From: an uncultured bacterium | Lineage (GTDB): Bacteria > Chloroflexota > UBA5177 > JANWHV01 | NCBI GenBank assembly: GCA_963729625.1 | Contig: CAVSOU010000017.1 | Location: forward strand, 192,001-256,000 | Direction of reading: 5' to 3' | Length of the DNA: 64,000 bases | In this document: positions 29,133 through 39,872 of the stretch, one piece after another | Position numbering within the stretch: the stretch's first letter is position 1 | How the letters are laid out: every line of letters starts with the position of its first letter | Notes under the pieces: generated by a model | Seen by the model: only the letters and a program-made list of their open reading frames with translations | Databases searched by the model: none | What the model was told of the DNA's origin: nothing | Made by a program: the position numbers and the translations under genes

Positions 29133-29303
29133 ACCATTTGCCTCATGGAGAGCGCACCTGGATTTGTGATCGAGCGTCGATCCGCTTGCGGCAGGCGGGT
29201 CAGCCTTGACGGCATCTCTCCGCGAGAGGGAGACTCCGGCGTGAACGCCCGGGGTTTCAACACGCGGTCGCATTATTCAGATACACCGCCTCACAGGTCG
29301 ACG

Positions 29304-29349
29304 TTGACACTTATGAAGCGCGATGCTAGCATAGCTGCTAACGTTAGCA
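29304..29349 (+). promoter_or_regulatory. Promoter plus perfect LacI-type operator for the sugar ABC operon
   Basis: TTGACA (29304-29309), N17, TGnTAGCAT (29327-29332). Palindrome TGCTAACGTTAGCA at 29336-29349. Confidence 0.8.
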
Positions 29350-29484
29350 TAAGGCTCGCCATCCATGTCCTGTCCGCGGTTTGCCACTCTCGCGCAGTGG
29401 TAACCTACAGCGTCCTTCCGCCCTCTTTGCCTGGGCGTCGGAGTCGAGAATGACAGGTCCCAAAGCAGCACCGAGCACCGCACG

Positions 29485-30465
29485 ATGATCGCCAAACACG
29501 GCGCGCCGGGGCGCCGCGTTTCCAGACCGAATCGAGTTTCGGCAGCCATGCCGCCGGCCGATCTTGAGATGCGCGAAGGGCGCGCGTTCCGCCTGCCGCG
29601 TATTCGCTTCGGCACCTTACTGCTTCTGCTCCCGGCCACGCTGTTGCTCGCGATCTTCCTCGTCGGGCCGATCGTCCAAGCTGTCCGGGTCGGGATGACC
29701 AACCAGGCCCTGACCGGGCCGCGCACGAACAACTACGGTTTCGTCGGACTGGCGAATTTTACTCAGCTCTTCGCGGATCCTGACTTCCACAGCGCGCTCA
29801 TCGTGAGCGCGGAATATGTCGCCGGCAGTGTCATCGGCATTACGGCGACAGGCTTGGTCCTCGCGTACTTGATGCACCGTGGCGCGCATCCCCTGATCGC
29901 GCGACTCGTGTCAGGCACCGTGATAATCGCCTGGGTTGTGCCGGAGATCGTAGCGGGCTTCATCTGGCTGGCGTTTGGAGGGAGTAACGGTACGCTGGCC
30001 ACGATCCTGCAACCGATCACGGGAAGCGCGAATGGGAATGACTGGCTGGTCCGCGCGCCTTTGGTGCTGGTCACCATGGCCACAATCTGGGCTACTACTG
30101 CCTTCTCCATGCTGGTGTTTACCGCCGGTCTTCGCGGCCTGCCCGAGGAGGTGCTGGAGGCCGCGACCATGGACGGCACCAACATGTGGCAGCGCATCCT
30201 CTGGGTTGAGCTTCCGATGCTGAGAGGTACGATCGGCACGACCCTGATTCTGGTGACCCTGTCCGTACTGACTGATTTCACGCTCATCTACACCATTACC
30301 GGCGGCGGGCCGGGTACAGCCACCACGACGCTGCCGCTGTACGTCTACCAGCAAGCGATCACCATCACCGTGCTGGGCTACGGCACAGCCGCAGCAGTGG
30401 TGCTGATCGCAGTCGCCGCGCTGGTGTCGCTGCTGTACGTCATACTGCTCAGAATCGAGGTCTAG
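29485..30465 (+). CDS. Carbohydrate ABC permease
   Basis: FVGLANF, EVLEAATMDG EAA loop and TGGGPG. Start uncertain. Confidence 0.9.
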   Translation: MIAKHGAPGRRVSRPNRVSAAMPPADLEMREGRAFRLPRIRFGTLLLLLPATLLLAIFLVGPIVQAVRVGMTNQALTGPRTNNYGFVGLANFTQLFADPDFHSALIVSAEYVAGSVIGITATGLVLAYLMHRGAHPLIARLVSGTVIIAWVVPEIVAGFIWLAFGGSNGTLATILQPITGSANGNDWLVRAPLVLVTMATIWATTAFSMLVFTAGLRGLPEEVLEAATMDGTNMWQRILWVELPMLRGTIGTTLILVTLSVLTDFTLIYTITGGGPGTATTTLPLYVYQQAITITVLGYGTAAAVVLIAVAALVSLLYVILLRIEV

Positions 30466-30467
30466 CG

Positions 30468-31331
30468 GTGCTTGCCGTTCGGGATTCGGCTGGCGTGGCG
30501 CGACGTGCGCGGAAGCGTGTCCCCGCTGGCACCATCGTCCAGCACGTGCTGCTCGTGGCGCTCCTGCTGATGTTCCTCGTGCCGATGCTCTGGGTAATCA
30601 GCGCCAGCATCGATGCGCGAGCGTCGTTCTCGATCAAGTGGCCGCATCTCTCGGTCGTCAACTTCCAGACTATCTTGACGGTCGATTATCTGTGGCGCCC
30701 GATCTTCAACAGCCTGGTCCTGGCTGCCGCCACCACTGTGGTGGTAGTAATCGCGGGCGTTACGGCGGCCTATGCGCTATCTCGCCGTCGCGGATGGTAC
30801 ACGAGGAGCTATCTGTTCATTATTCTGTTTGCCACGGGCTTGCCCGTGCAATTGCTGATGGTACCTGCGTACACGCTATTCCTGCAGCTCAATCTGCTTG
30901 ATTCGATACCGGCAACCGTGTTATTGCTCAGCGCAACCTCTCTGCCGTTCGCGATCTGGCTGCTGAAGAACTTCATCGATCATATTGCGCGCGAGCTGGA
31001 CGAAGCCTCGCAGGTCGACGGAGCAGGCCCATTCGACTGCGTTCGCCTGATCATCCTGCCGCTGGCCGCTCCAGGCATTGCCGTCGCCTCCATGTTCACC
31101 TTCCTCAGCGCCTGGGGCCAGTTCGTCATCCCGTATATCCTTCTACAATCGCCGGACAAGTTCCCTGCCTCCGTCAGCATCTTCGACTTCATGGCCGCCC
31201 AGGGTCAAGTGCAGTACGGGCCACTTGCCGCATTCACCCTGGTTTATTCGCTCCCGGTTCTAGCGCTCTACGCGGGCTTAGCGCGGTTCTTCTCTGGAGC
31301 GTTCAACTTTGGCAGTGGCGTGAAAGGGTAG
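30468..31331 (+). CDS. Carbohydrate ABC permease
   Basis: IFNSL, AAYALSR and ELDEASQVDGA EAA loop. Confidence 0.9.
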   Translation: MLAVRDSAGVARRARKRVPAGTIVQHVLLVALLLMFLVPMLWVISASIDARASFSIKWPHLSVVNFQTILTVDYLWRPIFNSLVLAAATTVVVVIAGVTAAYALSRRRGWYTRSYLFIILFATGLPVQLLMVPAYTLFLQLNLLDSIPATVLLLSATSLPFAIWLLKNFIDHIARELDEASQVDGAGPFDCVRLIILPLAAPGIAVASMFTFLSAWGQFVIPYILLQSPDKFPASVSIFDFMAAQGQVQYGPLAAFTLVYSLPVLALYAGLARFFSGAFNFGSGVKG

Positions 31332-31430
31332 GAAGAGCGTGACCTAGAGCAAAAGCCGTCGCGATGAAGCCCCCGGCAATATCGGACTGCCGAATCTTCG
31401 GCCCATCAGCCCATTTGGAGGGAAGGAGCA

Positions 31431-32888
31431 ATGTACCCGCGAACACTCGATCTGGCTCCAGGCGCGCAGCCCCGACAGCATCATGCCGCGCGTTTTCTCG
31501 GCATACTCGGCGTTGGCGCCATGCTCACCGTCGCAGCTTTAAGCCCCATGACCTTTCCAAATTCCAAGGTGAAGGCAGCCGCGGGAACGACCACCTGTGC
31601 CGGCTCCGACTCGGTACCGAGCGGCACCACAATTTCCATCGCCTACAGCTCTGAGCAGGAGTTCAACTCCAATCCGCAGGCCGCGCAGTGGTTCTCCATG
31701 CTCAAGAAGCAGTTCGAGGCGGCTCATAAGGGCGTGACCGTCAAGCTCATCCCGATCCCAGGGTCGCAGACGAATTACCAGACGAAGATCCGCCTGATGC
31801 TGCGCTCTGCCTCGACCGCGCCCGACATCATCCACGAGTGGACGCCCTACGTGCAGGACCAGGTGGATGCCAGCCAGCTGGCTCCGCTCGACGACTGCGT
31901 AGCGGCCTGGAAGGATTGGTCGCTCTTCCCGAATGTGATCCGCTACAGCGGCGCACCTGGCCCCCATATCTGGCAGCTGAACTCGGGCGTCAACAACTAC
32001 GGTCTCTACTACGACATCAACTACTTTGCCAAAGCCGGCCTGCCCACAACCTGGACGCCGCACAACTGGAATGACATCCTGAATGCTGCCCGAGCGATCA
32101 AGAGCAAGGTTCCCAATGTGACACCGCTCTGGATCTACGCGGGCAATCAGCTTCCCGACCAGACGACGCGTCAGAACTTCCTGGACCTGCTTGCCGGCAC
32201 GCGAAGTCCTCTGATGGTCGGCGGCAAGTGGGTGGTCAAGAGCCAGGGATTGCTCGACACTTTCAACTTCTATCACACGGTATTCGGCGAAGGGCTGGGG
32301 CCCACGACGTCTTTGCTCGACAGCCAGACGGCTGATGCTAATCTGACGGGCACCTACATGCCGAAACAGCAAGTGGCGATCGCGTTGGTCGGCAGCTGGG
32401 CCGGGAGCTGGTGGATCAAGGGCGGACCCTCGCCCTGGCCGGGCGCGATCCACGCGTACAAGGCGACGGCGCTCCCCACCGAATTCGGCCAGGCGCCGGG
32501 CTTTGTCACCGAGCTGAACGGCTCCAACTTCGTCCTCACCAGTTTTTCCCAGCACAAGAAGCTCGCTTTCGATCTGCTGGCTATGGCTGAAGACCACCAG
32601 TTCAATCTGCTGCATACCTGGTGGTGCGGCGAGGTCCCGCCGCGCACCGACGTCGCCACCGATCCAGCATGGCTCAACTCAACCCCCTACTACAACCAGC
32701 AGGCAGCCAGCTGGAGCAAGTACGGCACGTTTACGCCGTCGAGCAACTACTCAACGATAGAGACCGCGGTAGCGGAGTCTACCGGCGAAATCGAAGCCTC
32801 AGGCACCAGTGCTCAGCAAGCTCTCAGCGACTTCAGCCGTCGAGTGACTCAGGTCCTTGGCGGCAGCGGCGTCGCCACGGCACCCTGA
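31431..32888 (+). CDS. Carbohydrate ABC substrate-binding protein (family 1)
   Basis: Signal peptide. APDII and LYYDINYFAKAGLP..W.P.NWNDIL motifs. RBS GGAAGGAG. Confidence 0.88.
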   Translation: MYPRTLDLAPGAQPRQHHAARFLGILGVGAMLTVAALSPMTFPNSKVKAAAGTTTCAGSDSVPSGTTISIAYSSEQEFNSNPQAAQWFSMLKKQFEAAHKGVTVKLIPIPGSQTNYQTKIRLMLRSASTAPDIIHEWTPYVQDQVDASQLAPLDDCVAAWKDWSLFPNVIRYSGAPGPHIWQLNSGVNNYGLYYDINYFAKAGLPTTWTPHNWNDILNAARAIKSKVPNVTPLWIYAGNQLPDQTTRQNFLDLLAGTRSPLMVGGKWVVKSQGLLDTFNFYHTVFGEGLGPTTSLLDSQTADANLTGTYMPKQQVAIALVGSWAGSWWIKGGPSPWPGAIHAYKATALPTEFGQAPGFVTELNGSNFVLTSFSQHKKLAFDLLAMAEDHQFNLLHTWWCGEVPPRTDVATDPAWLNSTPYYNQQAASWSKYGTFTPSSNYSTIETAVAESTGEIEASGTSAQQALSDFSRRVTQVLGGSGVATAP

Positions 32889-33057
32889 GCGGGTGTTGCG
32901 ACGCGGCCGGGCGGTGTGACGCCGCGTGGCCGCGTCGCGGTTCGGAGATTTCCCAATGCCGGCCCCGCACTTACTGGAATCCCGATCGGTCCGGATACAC
33001 TGACATGAACGAGCGTGCCAGCACGGCAAACGCTGCATGGATAGGCTGTGACAGACT

Positions 33058-34173
33058 GTGACCAGCACACGCAGGCGTGGAGAGCGAAATGGAGGTCCGA
33101 TTGTCGAGCGGCGCGCACGACTTGAGGACGTAGCTCGGCTTGCCGGCGTCTCGCCGACCACGGTCTCACGCGCCCTGCGCAACGACGCGCGCATCAGCGA
33201 GGGCACGCGTCTCGCCGTACAACACTTTGCCAACCGACTTGGCTACATTCCAGATGCCCGGGCCAGCAGCCTTCGCGGGCGTGCGACCAGCATGATTGGG
33301 CTGCTGCTTCCTGACGTAGCCGATCCAATCCACGGCCAAATCGCCATGGCCGTGGAGCAAGCGGCCTCATCGGAAGGGTACACCGTGCTGCTGGCCAACG
33401 GCTTCTCGGACCCGGTACAGGAGCGTCAGGCGCTGCAGGTGTTTGCCGGGCAGCGCGCCGACGGCATTGTGCTGGCGAGCAGCATGCTCAGCCCCCAGGA
33501 GGCCAATGCGCTTGTGAGCCCCTGTCCGGTCATCTACGTGAGCGGCGAGAACGTCAGCCTTGCAGCGTACAGGAGCGAGCTGCCAACCGGATCGATTCGC
33601 GCGGACGACGTCAGCGGCATCGCGGCAGCGGTTCAGCACCTGCGCGCCTGCGGCTATCGGCGTGTCGGGTATGTCAACGGGCCGGATCTGGCATCGAATG
33701 TGACACGTCGCGATGCCGCGTTGCAGGGCCTTGCCGGTGCAGGTATCGCCTGCGCGCTCTATCCATACCCGGGCGGCGTGGAAAGCCTCGGCGCCCTGAA
33801 TGCGACTGTCCGGACCCTGGTCACCGATCGGCCGGAGGCGCTCATCTGCTACGATGACGTGGTCGCCCTTGGTATCATGGATGCGTTGCGCAACCACGGA
33901 CTGCGGGTGCCTGATGATATTGGACTGGTGGGATTCGACGACATTCCCTTCGCCAGTATTGCCAACCCGCGATTAACCACTATTGCCCAGCCATCCGAGG
34001 AGGTCGGCCGACGCGCGTTCTCGATGTTGATTTCCGCCCTGAAGAACGGCGAGCTACCGGCGTCAATCATGCTTCCCGTGCAGCTTGTCGTGCGAGAAAG
34101 CACAACCACGGTGCAACGCCGTGGGCTTGCCGGTGACGGATGGGACGACGGGGGCATCCGTGAGCCGGTTTAG
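33058..34173 (+). CDS. LacI-family transcriptional regulator
   Basis: LEDVARLAGVSPTTVSRAL HTH, LGYIPD..A.SL hinge, and VPDDIGLVGFDD. Start uncertain. Confidence 0.93.
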   Translation: MTSTRRRGERNGGPIVERRARLEDVARLAGVSPTTVSRALRNDARISEGTRLAVQHFANRLGYIPDARASSLRGRATSMIGLLLPDVADPIHGQIAMAVEQAASSEGYTVLLANGFSDPVQERQALQVFAGQRADGIVLASSMLSPQEANALVSPCPVIYVSGENVSLAAYRSELPTGSIRADDVSGIAAAVQHLRACGYRRVGYVNGPDLASNVTRRDAALQGLAGAGIACALYPYPGGVESLGALNATVRTLVTDRPEALICYDDVVALGIMDALRNHGLRVPDDIGLVGFDDIPFASIANPRLTTIAQPSEEVGRRAFSMLISALKNGELPASIMLPVQLVVRESTTTVQRRGLAGDGWDDGGIREPV

Positions 34174-34382
34174 CGGGCGTCAGACAGCAGTTGCTCGGTT
34201 GGCTGTTAGGGCTTCCAGTGGCCGGAAGCTTTGAGTCTTCCCGGCGCATATGGGTGTCATGCCGCTATGAGAACGGAAACGACGACCGTGCAAGCTCCAG
34301 GCATCGAGAAACGTAGCCGAGCGCGCAACGCGCACCATGCACGCATGTTTGGCAGGCAATCGCGGCGGACGCGCCGACAGGA

Positions 34383-35237
34383 TTGCCGGTGACGTCCAAA
34401 GCTCCCACATACCTTGTTATCGGCCACGTCTGTCAGGACTATACGCCCTACGGCATCAAGTGGGGCGGTACGGCGCTGTTCGGCGCGATCACCGCATTCC
34501 GGCTTGGCGCGCGTGTCCGCGTGCTCACCAGCATGCCGGCGGGCTTCGAATCGCAAGCCCTCCCGCCCGGCATCGAGGTGCACAATGTCCCCACCGACGT
34601 GCCGCTGACCTTCCGGCACGACTACATCGACGGGCAGCGGCAGCTATCCGTTATGGCCACTGCTCCCACGCTCCATGCCGTCGATCTGCCGGATGCCTGG
34701 CGCTCGTCGGATATCGTGCACTTTGGCCCGGTGGCGCAGGAGGTCGGCCGAGACCTGCTCGACATGTTTGGCGACTCGCTGACAGGCGGCTCACTGCAAG
34801 GCTGGTTGCGCACCTGGGACGATGAAACGGGCCTCGTCGCGCCTCTGCCGGCAGCACAACTGCTCGCGTGGGCGCCGCCCGTGCAGTGCAGCTTCCTGAG
34901 CGAGGAAGATATCGGTGGTCGGCGCCAGGTGATCGACTTCTATCGGAAGCATCACGCGATCGTGGCTCTCACCGACGGCGCGCATGGAGCGACGATCTTC
35001 GCCGGAGGGACCACGATGCGCGTGCCCGCGATCACGGTCAATGAAGTCGATGCCAACGGGGCGGGAGACGTCTTCGCGGCGGCATTCCTGCTGCAGCATC
35101 ACGAGACAGGCAACTCACTGCGTGCGGCGCAGTTCGCGGCGGCCGTCGCCTCCTTTCACGTCGAGCAGGTCGGTACCGCGGCATTGCCTTCGCGCACGCA
35201 AGCAGATTCCAGGTGGCGTGAGTCGTATGGCGCCTGA
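34383..35237 (+). CDS. PfkB/ribokinase-family carbohydrate kinase
   Basis: IGHVCQD...GGT and C-terminal EVDANGAGDVFAAAF. Confidence 0.85.
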   Translation: MPVTSKAPTYLVIGHVCQDYTPYGIKWGGTALFGAITAFRLGARVRVLTSMPAGFESQALPPGIEVHNVPTDVPLTFRHDYIDGQRQLSVMATAPTLHAVDLPDAWRSSDIVHFGPVAQEVGRDLLDMFGDSLTGGSLQGWLRTWDDETGLVAPLPAAQLLAWAPPVQCSFLSEEDIGGRRQVIDFYRKHHAIVALTDGAHGATIFAGGTTMRVPAITVNEVDANGAGDVFAAAFLLQHHETGNSLRAAQFAAAVASFHVEQVGTAALPSRTQADSRWRESYGA

Positions 35238-35269
35238 CGCGCCTTCGCCAACCTAGAACTGGCCGACGT

Positions 35270-35398
35270 GGAACGCGCCGGGTGGTCACGTCTTGGCGAT
35301 GGAGTGGATAGCCGGCACGTCCACGGCGGACGAGGACAGCACCCGCCTCGGCGGGTCCCCGGCCCCCAGAAACGTGCGACTCGATGGAGATCCCGTCG
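35270..35398 (+). repeat. Dispersed ~130-bp intergenic repeat, copy 1
   Basis: Colinear match to 51256-51384 with identical core tccacggcggacgaggacagcacccgcctcggcgggtccccggcccccagaa. Flanked by TAGAACTGGCCG(A/G)CGT direct repeats at 35254-35269 and 35410-35425. Confidence 0.85.
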
Positions 35399-35626
35399 AC
35401 TCTTCACAATAGAACTGGCCGGCGTTCACGTCGTTCATGAAGCGAAGGAGACCACGGATATACGGGTCCCTGATGCCACTGCCAAGCGCATCGTCACGGC
35501 CCGGATGGTCCCACTATGCATCGGGAGTGCGCCGATCCGTGTTCACGGCATCTCCCTTGCACATATGAATTGGCCAGTGCGCTCGACGCGCATCGCCAAT
35601 CGAGACGAAGCCACGCCGCTCCGGCG

Positions 35627-36616
35627 CTACACCTGGAACGCGCCGCCCGGAAACAGAATCTCCTGGATTGTATCGCCAAGCATGTTGAGAATAAGCGCGG
35701 TCAAGAAGATGGCGAGGCCGGGGAACGTCGCCAGCCACCAATCGGTGAGCAGATACTGTTGGCCGGCGTTGACCATCGACCCCCATTCCGCGGTTCCCAC
35801 TTCGGCCCCAAGACCGAGGTAACTGAGGCCGGCAAAGGTCACCAGCACGTTGCCCATGTCCAGAGTCAGCTGCACCAGGACCGGGCCAATCCCGTTGCGC
35901 AGTATATGCACGACGATAATACGGGCGTGTGAAGATCCCAGACTGCGCGCCGCGTCGACATAGTCGTTGTTCTTGATCGCAAGCACCTGGCCGCGCACGA
36001 GCCTGGCGTACGTCGGCCACCACACCGCCGCGATGGCCGTCATGGCCGAGCTGAGCCCCGGTCCAAGCGCCGCAGCCACGGCAAGCGCGAGCACGATGCC
36101 GGGAAAGGCGAGGAAGATATCCGTAACGCGCATCAGGATCTCCTCGGTCAATCCCCCGGCGTAGCCCGCGGCTGAACCCACGAGTATCCCGATGACCAGG
36201 GCGCTGATCAGCACGACGGCAACCGCCGTCAGTGAGTAGTGCGTACCGGCGATGACCCGGCTGAAAACATCCTTGCCCAGGTCATCCGTGCCGAATAGAT
36301 GCTTCCAGGAGGGAGCATAGAACTGGTCGACGGGGTTGATCGCTTCCGGGTCGTACGGAGCAATCCATGAGCCAAATGCGGTCAGCACGAGAAGTCCCGC
36401 CACGCCAAGCGTGGCGAAGATCGTCGCCGGCCGCCGCGCGATTCGCCGCAGTTGCCGCCATCGCGCGGACGGCAGCATCGGATCGAGCTCTGCAGGTACC
36501 GCCGGGAGCAACCGTGATCCCAGTCGCCGCCATCGCGCGGACGGCAGTGCCGGATCGGGCTCGGAAGCAGGTGGACGCGGGGACGGCTGCGTCTGGCTCT
36601 CCTCCCCCGCATCCAT
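35627..36616 (-). CDS. Peptide/nickel ABC permease (DppC-like)
   Basis: HLFGTDDLGKDVFSR, ARLVRGQVL and LSYLGLG. Short internal N-terminal duplication. Confidence 0.9.
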   Translation of the reverse strand: MDAGEESQTQPSPRPPASEPDPALPSARWRRLGSRLLPAVPAELDPMLPSARWRQLRRIARRPATIFATLGVAGLLVLTAFGSWIAPYDPEAINPVDQFYAPSWKHLFGTDDLGKDVFSRVIAGTHYSLTAVAVVLISALVIGILVGSAAGYAGGLTEEILMRVTDIFLAFPGIVLALAVAAALGPGLSSAMTAIAAVWWPTYARLVRGQVLAIKNNDYVDAARSLGSSHARIIVVHILRNGIGPVLVQLTLDMGNVLVTFAGLSYLGLGAEVGTAEWGSMVNAGQQYLLTDWWLATFPGLAIFLTALILNMLGDTIQEILFPGGAFQV

Positions 36617-36691
36617 GTCCGTTTCCTTTCAACCTGAGGTGTAGCGGCCGATTCTCTGCCTGGGCTGCTTGCTTCGCCGCCCGCACCTCGC

Positions 36692-37701
36692 TCATGCGAG
36701 CTGCAGGCGCGGATCCAGCTTGGTGTACAGAATGTCGACGCAGAGATTCACCAGCGTGTAGGTGACCGCCAGGATCACAGTGATGCTCATGATTGCTTGA
36801 TAGTCGAAGTTCTGAATGGTGTTGACCGAGTAGTAGCCGATACCCGGCCAGCTGAACACGGTCTCGATCAGGAATGCCCCGCTCAAGAGGTTACCGACCT
36901 GCAGGCCCAGCAATGTTGTCGTCGGAATCAACGCGTTGCGCAGCGCATGGCGCATGACCACGGAGCGCCCGGGCACACCCTTGGCCCGCGCCGTGCGAAT
37001 GTAGTCCTTGGCAAGCACATCCACCATGCTCGTCCGCGTCACCCGCACGACCAGCGAGAGCGATGTGAAGGCGAGGCAGAGCGACGGCATGAGCACGTGC
37101 TTGAGCGTGTTGAGCAACGCCGGAAAGTTCAGCGTCAGCAGGCTGTCGATGGTAAGAACCCCGGTGATGTGCCGGGGCGCCACCTGGAAGGTATCCAGCC
37201 GCCCTGTCTCGGGCAGCCAGCCCAGCTGCCCGTAGAACACGAGCTGGAAGAGCAGCCCGAGCCAGAAGAGCGGCATGGCGGTGCCGGCAACGGAGATGAT
37301 CCTGGTCAGGTGATCGACCCAGGTGTTGCGCTTCAGTCCAGAGTAGACGCCCAAGCGGTATGCCGACGAGCACGCAGAAGACCAGCGCGTAGAACGTCAG
37401 CTCGATGGTGGCCGGGAAGTAGTCGACGAAATCACTCCACACCGCTCGATGGCTGAATGTGGACTGGCCGAGGTCTCCGTGCAGCAGCTTCGACATGTAG
37501 GTGAGGTACTGCACGGGAAGCGGCTGGTCGAGACCGTACTCGTGCCGGATACGGGCCAGCTCAGCCGTCGGACGAGCTCTTGCCGGCGACCAGGGCCGCG
37601 GGGTCGGCGGGCACCACGTGCGAGACCGTGAAGGTAATCACGCTCACGCCCAGGATCACCAGCACCAGAAACCCCAGCCGCCGGACAAGAAAGGTGGTCA
37701 C
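36692..37701 (-). pseudogene. DppB-like ABC permease split by two +1 frameshifts (about 37570 and 37350), probably sequencing error
   Basis: GTG 37701 MTTFLVRRLGFL...VPADPA, then IRHEYGLDQPLPVQY...PATIEL in a second frame, then VYSGLK...DYIRTARAKG in a third. Confidence 0.8.
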
Positions 37702-37707
37702 GAATTA

Positions 37708-39302
37708 TCAGCTCTTGCTGAGCGCGTAGAGGTCGTACATGAACGATCCGTAGAGGTAGTTGTAGACGAAGCCGTGGACATTGCTGCGCATGGCGATCCT
37801 GTCGCTAGGCTGCACGGCCCAGACCTCGAGCGCCTGATCGTAGACGATAGCCATGGCCTTCTCGAAGTCGGCCTTGGCGGTCGCGGGATTGGGCGAGTCG
37901 CGGCCGGCGACGAGCCACTTGTCGAGGGTCGCGTTCGGGAAGCAGAAGACGTTGCCGCTGGACGGCGGCGCTTTTGACCAGAAGTAGTTCAGATACATGT
38001 TCTGGTCGTCCCCGAAGTCCATCGTCCACTGGCCGAACCAGACGTCCGGGTTGGTATCCACCTTCTTGCTTCGGGTAAAGTAGACATCGAATTCGGCAGC
38101 ACGTGGAGGTTCATCTGGATGCCGAGCGGCTTCGTGTCGGCCTGCCAGATCTGGGCCATCAGCGCCGACTGGAAGTCGCCGGTCTGCCAGTCGACTTCGA
38201 GCGGGAAGCCCTGCGCATATCCGGCCTGAGCCAGCAGGCTCTTCGCCTTCGCCAGGTCATAGGTGTACAGGTGCGGCGCCGGGAAGTAGTTCGCCAGGCC
38301 CGTGGGACCGACGCCCAGCATGCGCGTCCCATGGCCCTGGAAGGCTGCTTTGACCATCGTGTCATAGTCGAAGGTATAGGAGAGGGCCTGCCGCACGAGC
38401 TGGTTGCCGAGCGGGCCCTTGCCGTTGTTGGTGTTGAAGCGAATCTCGCGGATCGTCTGCGCCGTGTACTCCTTGAGTTACGATGCCGGCCTCATGGCCG
38501 ACGGCCGCGAAATCCTGGTAGTTCAGGTTCATGGCGATATCGACGTCGCCGTGTTCCAGACCCTGGCGCTGGGTGCTGGAGGCCGCCGGCCATTGCAGCA
38601 CGACTTCGCCGACGTGCTGTCCCGACCAGCCCTTCCAGTAGCCAGGGAACGGGTCGAGGACGATCTTCTGGCCGTGAACCCATTGCTTGACCATCCAGGG
38701 TCCCGAGCCGGCGTCGTGTACGGCCATCCAGGCCTTGCCCAGGTCGCCCTTCACCTGATGCGCCAGCACGGTCTTCGGACTGACGATCCCGGGGCCCCAC
38801 AGCGTGGTCAGGGAAGGCAGAAAGGCCGAAGTACGAGGTGCTGAGATGGAAGACCACGGTCGACGGATCGGGCGCGTCGACCGAGGCGATCTCCAGGAAG
38901 TCGCCGATGGCACCCGTCTGCAGCTTGATCAAGCGATCGAAGGTGAACTTGACCGCCGCGGCGTCGACCGTGTTGCCGTCGTGGAACTTCACGCCGGAGC
39001 GAAGCTTGAACGTCCAGGTCTTGCCGTCCGCCGACTCCTTCCAGGAAGTGGCGAGATCCGGCACGATCGTGACCACTTTTGAGCCCACGGCTCGGACGAG
39101 ACCATCGTAGACATTCGCCAGGACGGTGGCCATGCCGGTGTCGTAGTCCTGCGCCGGATCAGATGTACGAGCCCTCGTAGCCGATGTCGATCACGAGGTT
39201 AGGGTTGGCCGCGGCGCGAACAGGTTCCCCCATTCGTGCCGGGACGATGAGCAGAGACAACGTCGCGATCATTGCGAGTAAACGTGCACGACCCGATTTC
39301 AC
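37708..39302 (-). pseudogene. Family-5 ABC substrate-binding protein split by about 4 frameshifts, probably sequencing error
   Basis: Signal peptide from GTG 39302. Motifs VYDGLV, PDLATSW, FKLRSGVKFHDG, GSGPW and VRQALSY are spread across five consecutive ORF pieces. Confidence 0.8.
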
Positions 39303-39872
39303 TTCTGAGTCCTCCCTCTCTGGTCCAGATGCGGTTCTGGTGTACGCGTGTTCCCACGGGCCGCATCGAACCATCACACGTAGTGAGTCTGCTCGCCGAG
39401 CAGGTGCGCTCGAGGATACCGGATCGGCAGCCCGTCGGCTTCTGCCGGAGGCCGGACCGCTCGCTGCATCCGATTGGTCTCTCTGATTGCGTCTCACCTC
39501 CCTTCCCGGCGTCACGGGCTCGCGTGCCCAAGCCGGCTCATCGACTCGCCAGTTGACTGCTCAGGGCCTGGCTCAACACTGGCCCGATACATCCACACAG
39601 GCTCGGCAAGCATGCCATTCGCCGTCCGGTGGCTCGTAACTCTGATGATATACTGGCAGCACGCCGCCGTGACCGCTCCGCCGCCCACGTGTTGGTCTCA
39701 CCACCCGCGCCGGTCACGCTCGCGGCTAGTAGTCTGTCAACCATCACTGTGCACACTCACCTGACATCGCAGTGTCCGCCCGCTGCCCTGATGCCGCAGC
39801 TTCAGGCCAGATCAACACCGCAACGAATGACCGTTGACAATCCACTATTCGGGTAAACAAGAGGAGGTCACC

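Noticed and set aside
37300-39200. Programmed frameshifting or phase variation in the ABC genes
   Set aside because: Shift sites lack long homopolymers or slippery heptamers and are too numerous. Sequencing error is the simpler explanation.
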